DNA from: Candidatus Brocadiia bacterium
GTDB taxonomy: Bacteria; Planctomycetota; Brocadiia; SM23-32
DNA length: 64,000 nucleotides
NCBI GenBank assembly: GCA_046538485.1
Contig: JBKHIT010000003.1
Span: 32,001 to 96,000, forward strand
Reading direction: 5' to 3'
Shown here in pieces: positions 59,381 through 64,000 of this stretch (position 1 is its first letter; every line of letters starts with the position of its first letter). The translations under genes and the position numbers were made by a program. The notes beneath the pieces are model-generated. The model did no database searches. It saw nothing but the letters and a program-made list of their open reading frames with translations, and was not told the origin of the DNA.

Positions 59381-61351
59381 ATGGCAAAACGGGCAATAAT
59401 ACTCGGCCTTGATGCGCTCGTTACGCCGATTCTGGAGCGGTTTCTGGAGGAAGAGGAGCTGCCGAATTTTGCGAAGTTGCTCGAACGCGGGTGTCTTACT
59501 CGAATCCGGCCCACCGTACCGGCGCAGACGCCAACGAACTGGGCAACGATAGCAACAGGAGCCACGCCGGGAAACCATGGAGTTGTTACGTGGGGCTCTC
59601 ATCTTCCGGGTGAACCGGTCTCCGAGGACCACAGGGAAGCTGCTTTCGCTGCCGGGTTGTGCCGGGCAGAATATCTCTGGGAAGCGCTTGCTCGGCAGGG
59701 ACAAAAGAGCATTGTGATGAATTATGCGGGGTATCCGCCGACCACCGATAAAGCACTTTTCATAGACTGGTTGTATCAGCCAGTGCGCTCCTATTTTGAT
59801 CTCGCTCCACCGACGGTTTACCACAATTGTCCCGAACTCAACACGACTGACCCGATCGCAATACACCGTGCCGAGGATTGGATCAACCTTCCAGCTAGTT
59901 CCAGGCCTCACCTCGAGTTCAAAATGGAGGTTGTTCCGAGTACGGAAGGCAATGGCCCCCAGTATTACGGATTGATATTTGCGGAGAGGGAGAATTACAA
60001 TCGAGTTTTGGTCGCAGGGGATAAAGATGGGAGCGAACCCTGCGCTGTTCTTGCGACCGGGGAGTGGAGTGAATGGGTGAGAGAGGCTTTTGAATCGATG
60101 GAGATGGGGCCTGTGGAGGGCGCATTCAAATTCAAGCTACTGGAACTTTCGGGAGACGGTCGCCGGCTTCAACTTTATCGCACCGATGTTTTTCCCACTG
60201 ATGGTCGGCATTTTAGCGACGAAGAGGTCGGTCGAAAAATAATTTCCGAGTGCGGGCCGTATGTTCATTCTGCCCAGACGTGCAGCCTGCATTGCCGGGG
60301 ATGGGTTGACTGGGAGACCACGGACGAAACCATGAGAGCGGAAGCCGAATGGTGGGCGGATGCGGCGAAACGATGCGTGGAGGAAACGGGAGCGAGTTTG
60401 CTGATCTTGCACTGGCACAACCTGGATTCTATGGGACACACGTTTGTGCCCCGCGTGGACCCGACAGGTACGAGTTATGGTCCCGAAGCTGTTGAAGAAA
60501 ATTGGGAAAATATACGCAATTACTATCGAGCAGCCGACCGTTTCGTTGGTGAGTTCCTCAGACGTTTTGACGACGGAGAGACGCTTTTCTGTGTTGTTTC
60601 CGACCACGGGATGCCGGCCAACAAAAAAGCCGTTTCTCTGATCAACTTTTTTAAGCAAAAAGACTGGATAAATATCGAAGATGGGGAAGTCAACTGGGCG
60701 AAAAGCAAATTATGGATTTCCCAGAATCACCTATGGATAAATCTTGAGGGCAGAAACGAGGGCGGAATTGTTCCGCAGGAGGATTACAAAAAGCTTCGCG
60801 GCAAAGTGCGCACCGCCATGAAAGACATCAAAGATCCCGAGACGGGACGACATGTTTTTTCTTTTGTGTTGCCGCGCGAAGATGCGCCGATGGTCGGCTT
60901 GTACGGTCAATACACCGGTGATCTCGTCTTTTGCTATGAGGGGGGATATCGCTGGACAGGACCAGAGGTGATTGAGATGGGTGAGGAAAGGGTTGTGTTC
61001 CCGTGTGGTGGGGGAAACCATGGCCCGATGGTCTGCACGTACGAAACGCAAACGACTTCGGTGATGGGTACGCTGATGTTGGCCGGGCCGGGAGTTCGGA
61101 GCGACTGTTGGATTCCTCGGGAGGAACAATTTGCATACTCCACAACGGATGTTGCACCGACTATCGCCGAAATACTCGGGGTGGAGCCTCCGGCTCAGAA
61201 TGAAGGCCGAGTCCTGGGAGAATTTTTGACTGAGCGGGAGACCTCACGGCCCGATCGGTATCTTGAACCCCTCGGGCGCCCGTTGGTCTACCGCGATTCG
61301 GTCAAACCGCGCCCGAAAACATTGAAAGGCGATGTTACGGATGAGGAATAA
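59381..61351 (+). CDS. Alkaline-phosphatase superfamily nucleotide pyrophosphatase/phosphodiesterase-like protein
   Basis: ILGLDA, Thr nucleophile in QTPTNWATIATG, DSMGH, VSDHG, GNHG, DVAPT; SD AGGAGG before 59381. Confidence 0.85.
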   Translation: MAKRAIILGLDALVTPILERFLEEEELPNFAKLLERGCLTRIRPTVPAQTPTNWATIATGATPGNHGVVTWGSHLPGEPVSEDHREAAFAAGLCRAEYLWEALARQGQKSIVMNYAGYPPTTDKALFIDWLYQPVRSYFDLAPPTVYHNCPELNTTDPIAIHRAEDWINLPASSRPHLEFKMEVVPSTEGNGPQYYGLIFAERENYNRVLVAGDKDGSEPCAVLATGEWSEWVREAFESMEMGPVEGAFKFKLLELSGDGRRLQLYRTDVFPTDGRHFSDEEVGRKIISECGPYVHSAQTCSLHCRGWVDWETTDETMRAEAEWWADAAKRCVEETGASLLILHWHNLDSMGHTFVPRVDPTGTSYGPEAVEENWENIRNYYRAADRFVGEFLRRFDDGETLFCVVSDHGMPANKKAVSLINFFKQKDWINIEDGEVNWAKSKLWISQNHLWINLEGRNEGGIVPQEDYKKLRGKVRTAMKDIKDPETGRHVFSFVLPREDAPMVGLYGQYTGDLVFCYEGGYRWTGPEVIEMGEERVVFPCGGGNHGPMVCTYETQTTSVMGTLMLAGPGVRSDCWIPREEQFAYSTTDVAPTIAEILGVEPPAQNEGRVLGEFLTERETSRPDRYLEPLGRPLVYRDSVKPRPKTLKGDVTDEE

Positions 61352-61378
61352 CGTTATGAATGAGAGAGGAGAAGTTGG

Positions 61379-62380
61379 ATGATGCAAGAATTAGATCCGG
61401 ATAGCGAACATTTTGCATGGGCCGGCGCGGTTTCCATCGAAAGGGGGAACGGTTGGGTGCGGCCCTGGCGTATACCGCATGAAAAACGCCAGCTTTTTTA
61501 TCCCGACGTTTTGCAGCAGAAGGCTGCTATGCCGAGCGGGGTCCGGATTGCTTTTCGGAGCGATACGGCCGAAATCAGCGGGAAAATCGTACCTCAACCC
61601 GATATGTCGCCCGTCGATTTGTGTGTGAACGGAGAATTCGTGGCATCGAGTGGAGTGTTGAATGAGAAGGAAGAGTTTAATTTCACAGGACTTGAACCGG
61701 AAGATAAAAAAATCGAATTATGGTTACCGATGTTTGGTGATTTCCGCATAAAATCCCTCTCCCTCGCCGAAGGTGCATTCATCACGGCGGCCCACGATGA
61801 CCGACCTCACTGGATTACCTACGGCAGTTCGATCACACAGTGTCGGCAAGCGGAATCTCCCACGCAGACGTGGCCGGCGATTGTTGCGATGGAGCGCGGA
61901 TTGAACCTGACGTGTCTGGGGTTCGGAGGGCAATGCCATCTCGACCCGATGATCGCTCATATGATCCGTGATATGCCCGCCGACGTGATATCTTTCTGCA
62001 TCGGTGCGAACATCTACGGGAGCGCGAGCCTGAATCCTCGGACCCTGCGTCCGGCGGTCATCGGGAGTGTCAGGACGATTCGAGAAGGGCATCCCCGGGT
62101 GCCGCTCGTGTTGGTGTCCTGTATCTATCTGCACGGAGTCGAAGGTCAGAAGAATGCGGTGGGATTTACTCTTCAGGAGATGCGTGAGGAAGTGCAGGCG
62201 GCGGTCGAAGTTTTGCGAGAGCTGGGCGATGAGAATGTATTTTACGTGGATGGCCAGAAGATGTTTGGTCCGGGAAATGCTGGTGAACAGCCGGACGGTG
62301 TGCATCCAAACGCTGAGGGATACAAGGTTCTCGGTAAGAATTATCTGGATGTGGTCGCTCGTGAATATTTCCCTGAGTAA
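61379..62380 (+). CDS. SGNH/GDSL hydrolase with N-terminal beta-sandwich (SsfX3-like)
   Basis: YGSSITQ, LGFGG, GAN, DGVHP. Confidence 0.85.
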   Translation: MMQELDPDSEHFAWAGAVSIERGNGWVRPWRIPHEKRQLFYPDVLQQKAAMPSGVRIAFRSDTAEISGKIVPQPDMSPVDLCVNGEFVASSGVLNEKEEFNFTGLEPEDKKIELWLPMFGDFRIKSLSLAEGAFITAAHDDRPHWITYGSSITQCRQAESPTQTWPAIVAMERGLNLTCLGFGGQCHLDPMIAHMIRDMPADVISFCIGANIYGSASLNPRTLRPAVIGSVRTIREGHPRVPLVLVSCIYLHGVEGQKNAVGFTLQEMREEVQAAVEVLRELGDENVFYVDGQKMFGPGNAGEQPDGVHPNAEGYKVLGKNYLDVVAREYFPE

Positions 62381-62393
62381 TGAGGTCTGAGAA

Positions 62394-63551
62394 ATGCTCG
62401 GCGGAATTTTCCACAAAGACAAGAACGAATCTCCGGGTCCGTGGGATATAGACGCGCTGGAAGAACGGCCTTTCATCGACTGGATCGAGACAGAAGATCG
62501 TATTAAGTCCCTTTACTATGCGAACGAGCCTTACCACGGGGAGGAAACCCGGATTTATGCGATGTATTCGTACCCCCTTGATGTCGAAGAACCAGTGCCG
62601 GGAGTTGTACTTGTCCACGGCGGAGGTGGCCGGGTGTTCCCGGAATGGGTGGAAATGTGGGAAGAACGAGGCTATGCAGCGCTGGCTATGGATCTCAGCG
62701 GTTCCGGGGCTGACGGAGAGAGACTCGATCGCGGGGCAGGCCCGGATCAGGGACATCAACAGAAATTTGAGGATATTCGCGACGGAATTGAAAACACGTG
62801 GCCTTACCACGCTGTTGCTGCCGTTGTCCGGGCTACCACTGTCCTCTCCCTCCAGCCGGAAGTCGATTCGGAACGCATCGGGATGACGGGCATATCCTGG
62901 GGCGGGTATTTGACCTGCATAGCGGCCGGGCTGGATGAGCGGGTGCGGGCAGCAGTGCCTGTTTATGGCTGCGGTTTTCTGCACGAGAGTAGCTGCTGGG
63001 TCCCGATTCTGGACGAGCTCCCTCAGTCTGAAAGGGAGACCTGGATCGAGAAATTTGATCCGTCTCACTACATCCGGCGAGCAAAACCTCCGATGTTGTG
63101 GGTAACGCATCCGACGGACGACGCCTATAAGTTGGACAGCCATCGCAAAAGTTATGAAGCCCAGCCGGGACCAAAAGCCCTCTCTGTCCAACCCGGGCTC
63201 GGGCACAGTCATGAGGCCGGATGGTCTCCGGATGAGATTGAACTGTTTTTTAATTCCCATTTTGGGAGCGAAGAACCGCTTCCAAGGATTGAATGGCATA
63301 ATCTGGATGAGAAAACCGTGGCGGTGTCGGTTGAGGCCATAACGACCGTAAAGGATGCGACTTTGTATTGGACGACTGACACCTGCGATTGGCCCGAACG
63401 TGAGTGGTTTTCTGGGGAAGCGCGGGGAAGGGGGGCTATTTTTACGGCTGAGCTGCCCGAAGAGCGTCCGTTGAATTTTTTCATGAACGTGACCGATGAG
63501 CGCGGCGCAACGGTCAGCACGCCGTACCGAACATTTGAACAGAAATCTTGA
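62394..63551 (+). CDS. Alpha/beta-hydrolase (carbohydrate esterase-like)
   Basis: VHGGGG, GISWGG nucleophile elbow, FDPS, TDD, GHSH. Confidence 0.85.
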   Translation: MLGGIFHKDKNESPGPWDIDALEERPFIDWIETEDRIKSLYYANEPYHGEETRIYAMYSYPLDVEEPVPGVVLVHGGGGRVFPEWVEMWEERGYAALAMDLSGSGADGERLDRGAGPDQGHQQKFEDIRDGIENTWPYHAVAAVVRATTVLSLQPEVDSERIGMTGISWGGYLTCIAAGLDERVRAAVPVYGCGFLHESSCWVPILDELPQSERETWIEKFDPSHYIRRAKPPMLWVTHPTDDAYKLDSHRKSYEAQPGPKALSVQPGLGHSHEAGWSPDEIELFFNSHFGSEEPLPRIEWHNLDEKTVAVSVEAITTVKDATLYWTTDTCDWPEREWFSGEARGRGAIFTAELPEERPLNFFMNVTDERGATVSTPYRTFEQKS

Positions 63552-63579
63552 GGTTGACGATACGATCGAAGAGCTTTTT

Positions 63580-64000
63580 ATGAATCAGAATTCGTATTCC
63601 CCGGGCAAGAGCCGGATAGATCTTACTCTCAGCGAACTGAACCGGCGGCCCGAACTGGCTTCCGAGAAAGTTGCCGTTGGTGATAACCAATCTTATTGCC
63701 TGCGATTACTTCGATCCGATGACGAAGCGGCTCTTTTTTCGTATTTTGAACGTCTGGGGCCGGAGACGCGAAGCCGTTACGCTCCGCATCCTTTCGACCG
63801 CGAGGCCGCGGGAAAAATCTGTCAGGAAATCGATTACCTGACAGATGCCCGAATAGTGGCGGTTGCTGAAGACGCGGACGGGAGAATCGATGGTTACTTT
63901 ATCGTTCACTGGGGAGTCGGCGAAAACGAGCGCGAGCGTTTTTCAGATTACGGTATCAAACTTTGTCCGGCTTTGACCTGCATGGTGGCACCGTCAGTCG
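63580..64000 (+). CDS. Probable GNAT acetyltransferase, truncated by the window end
   Basis: Open frame from ATG 63580 to the end: LRLLRSDDEAALFSYFERLGPETRSRYAPHPF...APSV. Confidence 0.65.
   Translation, partial: MNQNSYSPGKSRIDLTLSELNRRPELASEKVAVGDNQSYCLRLLRSDDEAALFSYFERLGPETRSRYAPHPFDREAAGKICQEIDYLTDARIVAVAEDADGRIDGYFIVHWGVGENERERFSDYGIKLCPALTCMVAPSV

Noticed and set aside
1..64000. tRNA, rRNA, tmRNA or SRP genes
   Set aside because: No T-loop/cloverleaf or other conserved signatures seen by eye; a tRNAscan/Infernal run would be needed to exclude them formally.

Overview
A 64-kb bacterial chromosomal segment, most likely Planctomycetota/PVC. This is inferred from a PVC-type L28 next to gatC, a DUF1559-like prepilin/H-X9-DG gene, a DUF4838-like protein, a sulfatase and a vWA/GATase-like membrane protein. 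It is a mosaic of three kinds of content. Housekeeping genes include a CCA-adding enzyme, guaB, mrdA, recJ, glgP, holA, gatC, rpmB, a ROK kinase, a PfkB kinase, rtcA, xylA and a dksA/traR-like gene. A surface-glycosylation block carries a GT2, three GT4s and two tandem GT-C-like paralogues, with a separate TMTC-like gene elsewhere. Carbohydrate and ester hydrolase blocks make up the rest. I found no rRNA, tRNA, CRISPR array, prophage or intact transposase. The most notable observations are: (i) a guaB with eukaryote-type signature residues; (ii) a tandem pair of >1100-aa secreted TIM-barrel/LamG-like paralogues, one of which appears to lack the candidate catalytic acids, with a promoter and operator-like palindrome upstream and a DUF4838-like gene downstream; (iii) several families of short non-autonomous repeats/MITEs nested in intergenic hotspots; (iv) an internally deleted ADP-ribosylglycohydrolase remnant; (v) a sigma54-type promoter on the dksA-like gene; and (vi) a candidate structured leader RNA. 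All family calls come from motif recognition by eye, without database searches. Several start codons were moved downstream of the ORF-track start, based on RBS or family N-terminus.
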